64,000 bases of DNA from Camelus dromedarius (GCF_036321535.1 NC_087446.1:3038001-3102000), one strand, 5' to 3'. Shown: positions 48,501 through 62,643, counted from the first letter of the stretch. Program-made: numbers and translations. The notes: a model not told the origin generated them from the sequence alone.

Positions 48501-49425
48501 CTCAGGGAGATCAGGAATGGGGTCGCTCTAACTTGGGGCGGTACTAATCACTTCCAGGGTAGACGCTCACAGGTTAGAAGATTCCTTTGCTTTCAGCCTG
48601 TGGTCGGGAAAGGGTGGAGTCTGTCCCAGCCTCTGGGGCCGCCCGCGGGGGTGTGGCTTTACCAATTTAATAGAGCTTGCCTGACCCCTTCTAAAATGGC
48701 CAGCCTGTTTAACTGGAGAACTCCCTGAAGAATGAAAAGACTCAGTTAAAAAGAGGTTTGGTTTGTTCATGAGAGTAAGCAGCTTGTGAAATACTTATTT
48801 GGATGTGACAAAAAGCCCGGCTTGTAATCCCCAATAAGGAGCAATGCAAGCTGCTCATTAACACAGATGAAACCTGTCTCACCAGGCGCACAGGAAAAAG
48901 GCTCAACCGCTTTGTTCGCCAACCTTGGGCCGTCCCTGTCTTTGAAGGAAGCTCTGGGATTAGCTCTGCAAGGGAGACAAAGACTTGGCTGCCGTGGGAG
49001 TGGGGCGGGATGTGGGGTGGGGGCAGGGTGGCACTTGCCTGGGCTCTCGCTGGAGGAAAAGAAGGTGCACGGGCGAGGCGGGGAGGCGGGGACGGGGGAG
49101 CTCCAGGAGGAGGCAGGAGTTTTAGGAGGAAGGGTATAAGAGCACACTTTGAGTGGGAGGTGAACGGTTTCATTTTCTGGCATTTAAAATAGGGATTAAA
49201 AAAAATCACTGAAGAAAGCACCGGAGAACCTGGTAAACTATTAGCCAGATTTTTCTGGGTGCATTAATCACACAGTCATTACAGTAACTCGGTTGCTAGG
49301 AGCTCTGAGGTGAACTGGATGGGATGGGATGGGAGTTGTGTTCAGCGACATTTTACAGTCGGCCAACGGAATGTTTCCACTCCATTGTCTCCCATTTGCC
49401 TCGGGGGTTAAGTATTATTTTCTCA

Positions 49426-49884
<459 letters not shown>

Positions 49885-50494
49885 TCAAGATTCAGCCTGC
49901 TGCTTTGAAGGGATGAGAATAACACCCAGACTCCCTATGTCCTGGACTTTTAAAAAGGGTTAAAATGAAGGGCAGCCCCATTACTCACTTCACAGCAGGA
50001 TGGGCTTAAGGTACAAGGGAACTGACCCCTGAGGCCAAGGAGCCGATAGTGGGCCTTAGAGGGACTTTACGTAATACCCTTTCCTTTTCCCAGAAGGTAA
50101 ACATTCAGCTTTTGGGAACAAATTATTTTCAGTTTACTCTCACGTAGTAACTGGCATGCTCTAAAATGAGGGGACGATTAAATACAATTAAATTCGTCGC
50201 ACGGTAAAATGCCAGAAACAGCAGGCGCGGCCTGTATGTGACGTGAGCGGCGAGCTGGCCTGGCGGTTCCCAGTCGGCTTCAGGCTTTACATTAAAGTCT
50301 GACCGTCTGAAGTTTCCAGCCGTGATTCCAAGGGCTCTGCTGGATCTCTGCTATTGGAGACTTACTTTCTTTTGGGTTATCATGTTATACAACGATCTGG
50401 GTATCGGTGTTCATTCAAAATACAGTCCATGCCGACCCGACAAGGGAGGTGCACTGAGGCACAGACCGGGAATGCGATGGATAACCTTACCTAC

Positions 50495-50633
50495 CGTTAT
50501 GGGACATCCCAACCGAAAGGCACTTGTGAAAACGACAGTACTGGCACTTATTCCGATTCTTTTTCTGAATCTTACAGCTCCGGTCACATTTGTCGTACAC
50601 TAGCTTTAGCCGAATAGTTCTCCGAAAGAATCC
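50495..50633 (-). CDS. PPARA: PPARA coding exon 3 (second zinc finger)
   Basis: 139 nt; [20 protein letters not shown]...GMSHN; |gtaggt donor. Confidence 0.97.
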
Positions 50634-51184
50634 CTGCGGATTAACATGCCGTTGATTAAAGAATATGGACCACCACCGAGTCAGCGTCAGTCCTTGCTGT
50701 GCATTTAGTGTCTTTTAAAATGAACTAACTGGAGAGAAATAGTTCTTCTAAAAATTCTGATATAATTAGGGCAAATTGAAAAATTGAAATTTCATTACAT
50801 GCAAAATGAGAAACAATAAAATGAAGCAAAATTCAAAGTGATTTCAACCTGTCCTCACCTGGCCGGGGGAGACGCAATGACAGTCTCCCAAAGAGTGACT
50901 GCACCCTGCTAAGATTTACACACAGTGACTTTCTCTTCTCAGAGGACAGATCCACTTTGGTGACTAAAATGTTCTAGGGATTTTTGTAAGAGAATATCTA
51001 CATTTAGAAGATGTAGATTACAGAAGAAAAGGAGGCCAGTTGTTTGTCAACAATTTTCTTACTTTCTAAAAGCATCTTAAACTTTACCCAGTAAGAAACA
51101 ACTTAACTACTTGGCCCATAAAAAACCAAGAGCAAACAAAGGTGATGAAGCCCTGGCCCTGCAGAAAAGACTGCTTTGCAGGAA

Positions 51185-51316
51185 TTTTTTTTTTTTTTTC
51201 CAGTGGGGAAGTAATTAGGTTTATTTACTTATTTTTTAATGGGGGTGCTGGGGATTGAACCCAGGACCTCATGCATGCTAGGGAGGTACTCTACCACTGA
51301 GCTATACCTTTGCCCC
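51185..51316 (-). mobile_element. vic-1-like SINE
   Basis: Head, tail module and poly-T. Confidence 0.92.
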
Positions 51317-52258
51317 TTGCAAGTAGCTTTTCTAAAGGTATGTGGTTGGCAGACTTGTGAAGGGTTTATACTGGGCCCGTCCCTCACTGCTTCCCAGGCA
51401 TCCTCTGTACTTCTGCTCTGCAGGTCCGACGGCCCACAGGAGAGGGGACAGCATTTTCTTGGGGAACGTAGGAGGAAGGCTGCTGTCTGCACTTGCTCAG
51501 TTATCTGGGTTTTAAAGTCGCGTGGCCAAGGAACGTGTGGGATTACGAGAAGGAGTGAGAAGAGAGAGTTTCAAAAGTCAGGATGCAGAGATGCCCTGCA
51601 TCTTTCTAGCTGTGGACCAGGCCTCCGAGGCCAGGCTGGCAGGGGCAGTGTCGGTGTTCCAACAGTGCAGTTTTCGCAGCCTACCATTCAAGGCTGTGAC
51701 ATCTTCCCAAAGTTGGAAACACTTCCAGCATTAGCAAAGAAAGGAGATTTCTGATTTTAACCAAATGTTCAGATTATTGAAGCTCCCGTGCATCAAGTGC
51801 AGGAATGCACGCCCACACCATGCGATGATCCTGGGAGTGTCAAGACAGAACATGTGGTCCTTCCCGCCGTCAGGCGGGAAAGTCCTGGAAGGACCAGCAA
51901 GCTGGTGGGCGCAATGCTGGAGGACATGGCCTGACCCCTGACACTGTGGGCCTTGTGGTTGTGGTTCGGGTGAACAGGCCCCCGATGCAGGAAGGACAGC
52001 TTGGGGGTCGGGAGCAACTGGGGAGGGAGCTGGAGTTCTGCCGGGTCTGGTCCTCGCCGCTACGTGCGGCGGGGTCCTGACATCTCTGATGGAGTGAAAA
52101 CCACTGCCCTCCCGGACCTTCGGATGAGGCTGGGAGGAGAAAGTGGGCAAAAAGAAGTGGGCTCTGTGGCCTCGCATCCGAAATGAAGGGATCATTCTTA
52201 ATGTGGCTTATTTGCTTTTAGAGAACACATTTCTCTAAGTCATTTATAAACAGTCCAG

Positions 52259-52588
52259 CGAAGCGGGGAGGGGACAGCTCGGTGGTAGAGCACGTGCTTA
52301 GTATGTGTGGGGTCCTGGTCCAATCCCTGGTACCTCCATCAGAGTGAATAAAGCTAATCACCTCCCTAACCACCCCCCCCAGATAAATAAGGAAACCTAA
52401 TCACCACCCCCCAAAAGCTCAAAAGATAGAATAGTTGCTTAAATAAAAAATAAAAATAAAAAAGGGGGAAGGTGAAGCTCAGTGCTAGAGCGCGTGCTTA
52501 GCATGCCTGACGTCCCGGGTTCAAGCCCCAGCACCGCCATTACAAATAACTAACTAAATAAGCCTAATTACCCTCCCCTCAAACCCCC
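52259..52588 (+). mobile_element. Two tandem vic-1-like SINEs (second starts at 52464)
   Basis: Two tRNA heads; outer direct repeat aaa(c/t)agtccag 52248-52258 / 52589-52599. Confidence 0.9.
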
Positions 52589-52767
52589 AAATAGTCCAGA
52601 AATATGCCCTGGACTTTCCGAAGGGAGAAATTAATCCGTCCCTTGGGTCAGTTCTGGTCTACAGCTCCAGCATTTCTCAGTAATGACCAACGTATGGGTA
52701 TAAAATAAACGGAACCACATGTAGTCCCTGAAAGGCCACCTCTCTCCCCGTCCAGGGCCCACTGTAC

Positions 52768-52928
52768 CTTGCAGCCTTCACACGCGTGGACTCCGTAATG
52801 GTAGCCCGAGGCTTTGTCCCCACAGATTCTACATTCTATGTTCAGTGCTATGCTGGAAGAGTCATCAGTGCCACCAGGAACCACGGGGTAAGTGACGGAC
52901 GAGGGACTCGAAGCCGGGGAGAGGGTGT
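52768..52928 (-). CDS. PPARA: PPARA coding exon 2 (first zinc finger)
   Basis: 161 nt; tag| acceptor; ...[26 protein letters not shown]|gtacag. Confidence 0.97.
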
Positions 52929-53429
52929 CTAAGAACAGAAGGGGAGGATTTATGAATATTCACGGCCGTGCCATCCGATGTCACAACCGGGCTTCTGAGG
53001 GTATGATTTCACGTGTGAGGCATCTGGTGGGGCGGCATCAGCCAGTGGGCAGGGCTCCCACCCGGAGTCAGCCCTGCCCTGGCCCGCCCACACCCACTGT
53101 GCTCCTGCAACTCCAGCAGCCCCGAAGCTCCCCCAGCCAAGGGGCTCCCCGACTAGGAGACAACTTTACTATTTGGTCCATAAAAAACTAAACAAAACGA
53201 AAGTGACTAAATCATGGCCCTGCAGAAAAGGCTGCTTTACATGTAGCCTCTACACACGACTGGCCACAGCAGCTTTATTCTCAGTTGTGAAAAACCAACA
53301 TGTCCTACACAGACCTCATTAGCTTTTCTTTGCTTCCTTCCTTCCAGCCCTTTTGTGATTGTCAACTCAATAAACTGCACCCAAATACAGTATAAAAATC
53401 CATGTGGGCAACACAAAAGCACAATCTGT

Positions 53430-55310
53430 GAAAAAAAAAATTGGACTTTCTTCAAATTAAAAACTTATGCTCTGCAAAAGACACTGTTAAGAAAATGAAA
53501 AGACAAGCCACAGACTGGGAGAAGGTATTTGCAAAACACACATCCAGCAACAGACTTGTAACCAAAGTACACAAAGAAGTCTTAAAACTCAACAGTAATA
53601 AAACAAAACATTCACTTAAAAAATGGGCAAAAGACCTGAATAGACACCTGACTGAAGTAGATACACAGGTAGCGAGGAAGCACGTGGAAAGATGCCCCCA
53701 TCACTGGTCCTCAGGAAATTGTGAATTAAAACAACAATGCGACATCACTACACATCTATTAGTGTGGCTAAAATCCAAAAAACTGACAACACCAAGTGCT
53801 GGCGCTGATGTGGAGCAACAGGAACGCTCGTTCACTGCAGGTGGGACTGCAGGATGGTGCGGACACTTTGGAAGGCAGTTTGGCAGTTTCTTAGGAAGCA
53901 AAACAGTCTTAAGGGAATTATTCTCCTAGATATTTACCCAAGTGACTTGAAAATGTATGTCCACACGAAAACCTACACCTGAATGTTTCCAGCAGCTTTA
54001 TTCTTAATTGCCAAAAACAGAAGCAATCAAGATGCTTCAGTGGGTGAGAAGCCAGTCCAAAAGGCCACTACAGCCTATGGGATTCCTAATATCTGACATT
54101 TTAGGAGAGGCAGAGCTGTAGCAATGGTGAAAAGGTCAGCTGCTGGAGCAGGGATGGGGGTGGCAGGGTTGAAGAGGTGAAACAGGGGTTTTTGCAGGTG
54201 GTAAAAATATTCATAGGAAAATGTAATGGTGAACACACAACACAATGCATTTGTCAAAATCCACGGAATTTTACCATACAGAGTGAACCTTAATGTGTAC
54301 AAATGAACAAAAATAACAGGAGGTCCAAGGATCCCAGGATGGAACACAGAATGTGACCCTACAACCTGACTATATCGCAAATGTACGACACATTTGCAGG
54401 AAACTTCCCCTGCAGATGCTCAGATAAGATGACCTTGGAAGATGCTCACCTAAGTGACCTTGGAAACGAGTGGCGTCTGTGAGACCAAAGGCAAAGGAAC
54501 CACAGCTGGACACTGTCCTTAGCTGATCGAGTTGCTTCCCACAGGGCTGAGGCCACTACCCACGTACACGCGAAATGGACAACTAATTAAATGGACGGTG
54601 CATGGGGGCGGCCAGGTCTCTCACTGCTGGAGTCTAAACTCACAGATAAGCAGGAGGAGGAGGCTGGGATGACCCGGGCAGCGGTGGATTAGAGTCGCAG
54701 ACATCTGTTTGAATCCACATTTACCTTAACATAGAGACAGATGGATACATACAGAAACATTCAGGCGGGGGCTGCGGGAGGGTATAGCTCAGTGGTGGAG
54801 CACATGCTTAGCATGCACGAGGCCCTAGGTTAAATCCCCAGTACCTCCTCTAAAAATAAATATATAAACAAACAAATAAACCTAATTACCCTCCTCTCAA
54901 AAAAGAGGAAAAAATAGAGAGGAAGCAATAAAATGCTTTAAAAAAAATCCACAGACGTGTATATACATAGGTTAGTATACACTGAAATACTCTGAAACAC
55001 TCAGAGGGAATAAGACTGAGGACTCAGAGGCAGTCCCATGACCACCACTCATGATGGAGAAGCTCCAAATCCTTAGGGCACTGGGGAACACACTCAAAAG
55101 GGTTTTGCCTCAGAAGTGGAACAAAATTACCTCTAGAATCAACACTGTTATGGCCCCATCTAACAAAGCTTAACCACAGGACCTGAAAGGATCAACATTC
55201 TCTGAGTGCTTTAACTGCATCCCAGAACAAAACTCAAAAATATTTGTGTAAATACAAAAATATCCATCGTCAACAAAGTTCACGATGTATGGCCTCTAGT
55301 AAAAAAAACA
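53430..55310 (+). mobile_element. L1MC-type 3' portion (about 1.9 kb)
   Basis: ctctgcaaaagacactgttaagaaaatgaaaagacaagccacagactgggagaagg...; long L1MC4-like 3'UTR; SINE inserted at 54767. Confidence 0.88.
54767..54915 (+). mobile_element. vic-1-like SINE
   Basis: gggtatagctcagtggtggagcacatgcttagcatgcacgagg...aaacctaattaccctcc. Confidence 0.92.
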
Positions 55311-56282
55311 GACACATTCCATTAAATTGGTTAAAAAAAAAAGTCCATCCCCCGCACACCTGCGGGGTTTCGAGCAGGTGCGCCCTCAGCTAGCTGGTCC
55401 ACACACACAGGGTCACCAGTGAGCGTGGCTCCCAGGGAGGGGAGGTGCCCCCTTTCCCACCGTCACTAAGTCAGCGCCCAGTCGTGAAGAGCGTCCTCAC
55501 GGAACGGGAGGAACCAAGCTGGGGAAACGTGCTGCAGACCAAGAACCTGATGCAGGGGAGCCCAGGAGGGGAAAGAACACAGACACCTTTCACCAAACGC
55601 CGCAGGGAGAACCTTCTCTCTCAGTTTCCCGAGAGAGCCCGAATGGTCCAAACTCAGAGTCAAAAACCACACGCCAAGCGCAACCGCTCCTCCTGAGTCT
55701 GAATCCGACTTCTTCAGTCCCAGCCCAAGACCCACGGTGGCCAAGAAGCACGGCGGAGTCAAGTCCACCCCAGACGCAGCTGCCGTTAAGTCAAGGGTGC
55801 AATCTACAGCACAGCGTCCTGGGCTGGGTTAAATGCTGCCTCGAAGGGTGGTTCCCTCCCTCCCAGTGAGGTTACCTGGGTGGACCCCACGTGTTACTTC
55901 CTTGCACCCACCTTGCCTGATGTCTGATGTGGTTCTGAGCGCAGTGAAGGCAGTAGAAAGAGGGCTCATGTACATATCCAGATAAAAGAGAAGGGCTTTT
56001 ATTACAGCAGGAGTCTCTTTGCTTTAAAGAGCTATAAACTCAGGGCATTTAGCTGAATATGAAGCATTATTTGACTTCTGTACAGCTTTTAAAAGAAGGC
56101 ATACTGTGAGAGGCAAGATACACCCCAAAAGTCTCAAGGCCCAGCGGCTCTGGGTGTAATGCTTTATCATGTCTGAAGAATTCCATGCAGAAAGAGGTGA
56201 CTTCTTTTCCAGGTAAAGATGACAATTTTCCCTGTGGAAAAAACATTTCGGAATAAAGCTTTCCGGGAAACAGCACACTTAC

Positions 56283-56490
56283 CGGTAATAACGGATCCAT
56301 CTGACCCTGGGCCATTTCCTAAATACTGGTACTCTGTGAAGCTGAAGCTTCCAGAACTGTCCTCACCAATGGATGGAGAGATGTCTTGAATGGTGCCCAT
56401 TTCCTGCAGGAATTCTTCGGATAATGGGCTTTCCAGATCATCAGCCTCGAGTGGGGAGAGGAGACAAATCGGGCTCTCTGTGTCCACCAT
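56283..56490 (-). CDS. PPARA: PPARA coding exon 1 (A/B domain)
   Basis: 208 nt from ATG 56490; [26 protein letters not shown]...; |gtaagt. The six exons total 1407 nt = 468 aa. Confidence 0.97.
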
Positions 56491-56531
56491 CCTGACGGGA
56501 CGGGGCTGGCCTCAGGCTGGGCTCCGGCCTC
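56491..56531 (-). other. PPARA: PPARA 5'UTR portion of the first coding exon
   Basis: ctctgtcgtcccag| acceptor 41 nt upstream of the ATG; a second possible acceptor (ccccgtcccgtcag|G) sits 1 nt before the ATG. Confidence 0.6.
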
Positions 56532-56671
56532 CTGGGACGACAGAGACGCAATGGGTGAAACGGGCATGTAGGGACGGCGGTCTCCCCACAGAGAAGCATC
56601 GCTGCTCAGTGAAGACACACCTGAACTCACCACCTAAAAAGTAACCCTGTCGGCTGCCTTTCCTCAGCTTG

Positions 56672-56772
56672 GCTGTTTTTTTTTTTTTTTTTTTTAAATG
56701 GAGGCACTGGGGATTGAACCCAGGACCTCATGCATGCTAAGCATGTGCTCTACCACTGAGCTATGCCCACCC
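56672..56772 (-). mobile_element. Short vic-1-like SINE lacking the tail module
   Basis: Head plus long poly-T; perfect TSD cctcagcttg 56662-56671 / 56773-56782. Confidence 0.92.
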
Positions 56773-57439
56773 CCTCAGCTTGACTCCTGATAAGCTCACC
56801 AAGAAAATAAAAATCTTTAAACAAGAAGACGTCTCAGGAGCCGGAGCCGATTAGGATGGAGGCCACCCCTGTGTCACCGAGCGCACACCACGTGCTGAGC
56901 TCAGTCCGTCGTATCCCAGGTAGAAAAAACAGCAGAGGACACGAAGTCCCCCTTGTCCAGGAACACCCCTTCTGGTGGGGACACATCTGGAATGTCTGAC
57001 GGTGATACAGCGATGCTGGCGTGAGGAGGGGGGTGGACACTGCTCCGCACGGCAGGCTGGGGAAGGGCCTCGCGGAGCAGGGATGCAGACACCTGCGGGA
57101 ATGAGGGAGGGAGCTGTACAGATGTCTTGGGGGAGAAGGTTCCAGCAAAACGAATGGCAGGTGCAAAGCCCTCAGGGTGGAAGCAGGCGAGTACTTCTAG
57201 GAATGACAGGTCAGTGTGTTTCAGCTGGGGGTCTGGGGAGAGCGGAGGGGAGGGCGGTCAGCGGGCACACGGGGCGCAATATTCCATGTCCTCCGTGCAC
57301 CTGTGGGTGACTCACGTAGGTCCTGCTGAAAGATGACTGCGCCAGACAAGAACATTGTGGAGTTAAAAAAAATCTAAACAGGCCAGTCCCCGACAGCACT
57401 AGCCTGTTTCCACCAGCGAGCAGAAGAATGCTTTCTTTG

Positions 57440-58027
57440 CGGATACAGGCTAAGCTGTGTACCCCCAAATTCGTACGTGGGAGCCCTAGCCCCCCAGGAC
57501 CTCAGAATGTGGTTGTCTTTGGAGATAATACAGAGGCAACTGCATTAAAATGAAGTCTTTACGAGGATCTACTGTACAGCACAGGGAACTACATTCAACT
57601 TCTTATAATGAGCTGTAAAGGAAAAGAAACAAAAAAAAAACCATGTATGTGTATGTATAACTGAATCACTTTGCTGTACACCTGAAACTCACGTTGTAAA
57701 TTGACTACACTTCAGCAAAAAACAAGAATAAAAAAAAAATGAGGTCTTTAGCAGGGCCCTAATCCAATGTGGCTGGTGTCCCTCCAAGGAGAGGAAATTA
57801 GGACACACGCAAAGAGACGGCAGGGGTGCGCACAGGCAGGGGGCGACCATGCGAGGACACGGCGAGAGGCGGCCACCTGCCAGCCGAGGGGAGAGGCCCC
57901 GGGAGAAACCAGAGCTGCTGACGCTCTGATCGTGGACTTGGACCCTCCAGGGGCACAAGAAAGAAGTTTCCATTGTTTAAGGGCCAGTCTGTGCACTTTG
58001 TTACGGCAGCCGGAGCAAACGTGTGCA
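57440..58027 (+). mobile_element. MLT1A/B-type MaLR LTR with nested L1
   Basis: gggccctaatccaatgtggctggtgtcc...ccacctgccagccgaggggagaggcc...ttgttacggcagccggagcaaac. Confidence 0.85.
57562..57735 (+). mobile_element. 5'-truncated young L1 3' end
   Basis: tgtacagcacagggaactacattcaa...taactgaatcactttgctgtacacctgaaact...poly-A; 15-bp TSD aaaatgaagtcttta (57547-57561) / aaaatgaggtcttta (57736-57750). Confidence 0.9.
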
Positions 58028-60180
58028 GGGACAAAGTCAGAACAGTGGCTCTTTCCGCGGTGGCTGGTTTCACGTTCTGGCACAAACATCTGAAACCACT
58101 TCCGCTGACCTTCAGACTCATGCCCAGGGTCCTCCGCACAACATGGGCCCTGCTGACGTGTCTCCTCGGTCTCGCCCTCGTCACCGGCCCCCACCCCCGT
58201 GGTGACCAGTGGCACAGGGCCATCGCCTCATCCAGACCTCCCTGTGCTGTTCTCTGCGCCTAAGCCCAGACCCACCTCCCTGAACTGCCCTCCCGTCCCT
58301 GCCTTCCCGAGGCTCTGCTCCAGGTCCACCCCCAGGCCCAGCCAAGTCACTCACTGCCAGCAAGGCTGACGAGGTGACATTTAGGTCCTGGAACTGTTTT
58401 CCTATCTGAAATGAAGCCCACAGCTCACACCTGGGACAGGACCAGAGGAGGTGCAGGCCAGCAACAGCGGCCAGGGCTCACCACAAGGTGGCTGCCACCC
58501 CGCCAAGACCACAGGCCAGGCTTGCTGATGGACTGAGAATACGCCGCCCAAGCAAACTCACGGAATGCACTTGCGTAAAAACATGTCCCGTTTCAGCCTT
58601 GCTGAAAGTCAACAGCAGCTTTAAGTGCAAAGATGAATGAATCGCGGCTCCCTCTAGAAATGAAAAATGGCTACAGCTCACATGTCTTTGGTGAAATTCA
58701 CATCTCATGCTTGGAATTCTGACAGTAAGTGGCCACAGCCGACAGCAACACATAAGGGAAAATAAAAGAGAATCATGAACCTTTCATAAGACTTAGAAGA
58801 CTTCCTCTAGCATCTGTTAGTGTAAATTGGGCCATGAATCTGGGCATTTTTTTCCTACTATATTTTGTTCTTCATCATAATTGAAGGAAGATTTCTTCCC
58901 ATGGCAAGTAAGATATTTTATAAACTGTTTCCAACTGCAGTCATTAACTTAACTGCAGTCATTAACTTACTAACGTAACTGTGGAGTTCAGCCTGATAAA
59001 TACCCGGTAGCCGGGCAGAGGCTGTGTTACCGATGGGGCCGTGACTGCCACCTCTTCCATCTCATCATATTCTCAACGTGGACAGCCGCCTTTTATTCCT
59101 GCAAATATTCTGTCTTCCAGCCGGGAGCCTCAGAATGTGGGCAACTGATCTTTGATGACAAAAGGATGTTAGTGTCCTTGTCACCACATGCAGGGAATCC
59201 GAGATCTTATCATTTTACTTTCCAGTTGCCTGAAATTGATACCTGAGATTTATGTAGAGAAACATCAGTCTTCCTGTTCACGAAGACCTTCATACGATCC
59301 CTCCAGAGTGAGGCAACACCGTGAACTCCGCCCGGAGGACCGGCCTTTGCACAGATCACTGGACACTCTGGCCCCACTTGCTTCCAGCCAGAGCAGATCA
59401 GGGACTATGTCCTTTGAATGCGTCCCCTGGGTAGAGCTGAACACGCCCAGCCCCGCCGGCCTGCGGTTCCTGGCGGGCTCCGGCACCCGGCTCCCCCAAC
59501 GTTGCTGTCACCTCTGCCCAGGAGCCAGGAGATCCTGGGAAATCCCTGTCTCTAAAACTCACAGAACACAGCCACTGCCCAGTTCATGGAGCTGGGCAAC
59601 CAGACGCCAGTTACTGTGTCCTGTGCCCGATGTCCTACGTCCCCCAGTGCTTTGGAGGGAGGAAGAGGCACCACAAGCTACCTGTTTTCTCAGCAGTTCC
59701 CAGGGTGGCCCAGGAGGCGAGAAATAAGGAGAGGATGCGGGTGGGCCTTAAACAGGCCTTCGGTTTCCTAGCAGAGAGAGCTGAGGGCAAGAGCAGAGGG
59801 CTGTTGAGGAAAGGAAGTAAGGTCTGGACCGGGCAGAGGTGGCATCTGTCTGATCCCGCCATTCCTGGGTAATCCTGAGACCCGCTTGGCTTCTCGGTGC
59901 ACCTTTTTCTTTCCCCCCAGTTTAGATGTTAGAGCCGCATCCTGTGTGTCAGAAACTCGGATGAGATGCTGCCAGTCTGCCTTCCGCAGAGCACCTAGGA
60001 GTCAGAACGTTTCTTTGAGAATGATGAAGCAGGCCACGTGAAAACTACAGAACACTGGGGGGGGGGGGAGATACAGGCAAGAGGGAAAGAAGGAAGGAAG
60101 GAAGGAAGGAGGGAGGGGCAGAGGATCCTACAGTGGCTTTATGTCACCCAAACACAGGGCAGGTGAACACACCGGAAGAA

Positions 60181-60311
60181 TTTTCTTTTTAATATTTTTT
60201 TAATAGGGAGGTAATTAGGTTTGCTTGTTTTAATAGAGGGACTGGGGATTGAACCCAGGACCTCATGCATGCTAAGCACGTGCTCCACCACTGAAGTTAC
60301 AACCTCCGCCC
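60181..60311 (-). mobile_element. vic-1-like SINE
   Basis: Head and tail module. Confidence 0.9.
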
Positions 60312-62057
60312 TCTTTTTAAAAACATTTTTTTAAAGAATTTTACCATTAATTGTTAACCTTTATTTTAAGGACTCTTCCTCATCACCAACTCTTAGATGA
60401 CGCAACCAGAAGATCAGGCTAAAATGAGTTGCTAATGGCGTAATAAGTCCTGAGTTTGCGAAGCCAAGGAGGGCCCAGCACACTCTGCTCTGGGCTCCCC
60501 CAGCACCTCGGGCCGGTTCTGACACAGCCCTCATTATTCACGGTGCTGGAAATTTTCACCTGTCCCCACTGGACTATACGTCTCCTGGGAGGTTCTGCTA
60601 ATCGTTGTATCCGTGCTTCCGGCCCAATCCTGCGATGCTGCAGGAGTTCCACTTCCATTCCTCTAGCTCGGCTGAGGCTGGCACAAGACGCAGGCTCACG
60701 ACGTCCTTCCTCCCCTGCTCCCCAGGTGAAGGTCCTGGGGCCTCATCCCCACTCTGCATCAGCCTCTACAGCCCGGATCACCCAGAACGGCACACACGGT
60801 CAGTGCGTCAAAGACCACAAAACGTAAGGACACTTAACACAGAAGTCAGACTGGGTCTACCTTGGGAAAGTGATCAGAAATTTGCAGAGTGAATCATAAT
60901 CATTGTGGGGACTTAAAAGCAAAGCACGAGAGAGGAAACAAAAGAAATCTAAGCATATTAGCGAATGACAAGATCCAAGTCGGCAGGAAAGCAAGCTGCA
61001 AACGGGGCAGGGGTCTGCTTATCAACACCTGTGTCCCGAGGAAGAGGACTGTGCCCATGGCCCGCGCAGCTGACCGGCACTTAACACACCTGCTCAGCAA
61101 GGCGCGGATGGGTCACCAGTGTGACTCTGCCCCGGAAGCAGCAGAGGAAGTGTCCTGAGATAAAACAAATCAAGCGCTTGGAGGAAAAAGTAAAGAGGCT
61201 TCACCATCTGACTGGAATAAAATACTAAGTGAAATCGCTTCCTGGTTGGCTCCCGAGGGCGTTTCTGTATCTTACCCATCTCTGCATCCCTGACATTGGA
61301 CCTTGAAGACCTTCTGCAAAGGTCCTCTTAAATTAAGTATTAAATAACAGTTCACTATCAAAACATGTTTACAGGCTGCGAAATCAGATAGTCAAGAAAA
61401 AAGAACAAATGGAACTGGGCAGGAATTCTCATCCTCGGAACTTATGTTTTGACTCCCAAGGGTCCAGATACATGGTTACAAACATCAGTCTTCTCATTCC
61501 TTTGCTATTTCTCCCTGCGTTCAGCTCTCACTTACTGCACTGCAAAACCTCTCAGGTTATCGCTCACTGTGCTTGACGATGCCACCTTAGAGAAACCTGT
61601 ATACGTCTTCCTTTGCTAAATTAAGTCTCATCAGACTTCACTGAGTGGTTTAAAGGCACAAGACTTTTGTCAAAGGAGTACCATTTATGTAGCAGATAAG
61701 CAGCTCTCAGACAAAGAATTCTGTCTGTTTTCCACCAACTCTAATTCACTACCTTGTCAGATTCTTTATTCTTCCCTGTACACTTTTTAGATACTACATA
61801 TACTATTTAGACGCTTTTTGGCTTAATTTGTTGGGCTGGGATTTAAAACATTTCAAAATAAACAAAAGAATGCTAAAAAGCCCTCTGTACCTTCACCCAG
61901 CACCAGAAGTTCACTGAAACAGATTAATCATTACCACCTGCATAATGATTAACAGGTTAACCAAGTAAGTATAGAAAATGCCTAGGAAACACATTTAAGA
62001 CGAAGAAAAAACTACTGGAGTAAACAATGATAAGGAGATGAGGGACTATGTATTTTA

Positions 62058-62190
62058 TTTCATTTAAAAATGTTTTATTTATTTATTAATTTTGGGGGGG
62101 GGGTATTTTTAGAGGAGGCACTGGGGATTGAACCCAGGACCTCGTGCATGCTGGGCACGTGCTGTACCACTGAGCAAGACCCTCCCCGCA
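62058..62190 (-). mobile_element. vic-1-like SINE
   Basis: Perfect 14-bp TSD gactatgtatttta 62044-62057 / 62191-62204. Confidence 0.92.
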
Positions 62191-62643
62191 GACTATGTAT
62201 TTTAATGAGTTAAATCAAACACATCATCAACTGTCTGCACTCAGCATAGGTTTGACTGGAGCTATCCAGATCTTTCCTAACGATGCCGCAGGCCTGAAAT
62301 TTTGCAACCACAAGAATTTGGCACCCGGAAGTGGGGACCAGAAGAGTAGCTGGGAGCCTTTACACGTTTACCTTGAAAGGCACAGAAGGAATGTTCCCAG
62401 CCACTTCCGAGAAGACGCCCTGCAGCTTTACACGAAGGTCACACGATGGGACAGTGCATGTTACAGCCGCTTCAAACCCAACGCGCCTTCCCATTTTCCT
62501 GAAAACAGGCTTCCCGTTCCTAAATGGAAGCTTACCTTTGTGGATAGTGATACCAAAATAATCAACAGGAAGGCTGCAACTTGGATACATTTCAGTGTCA
62601 GCCGCCGTGAAATCTGAGTGAGAAGCTTGCCACAAAAACTGAC

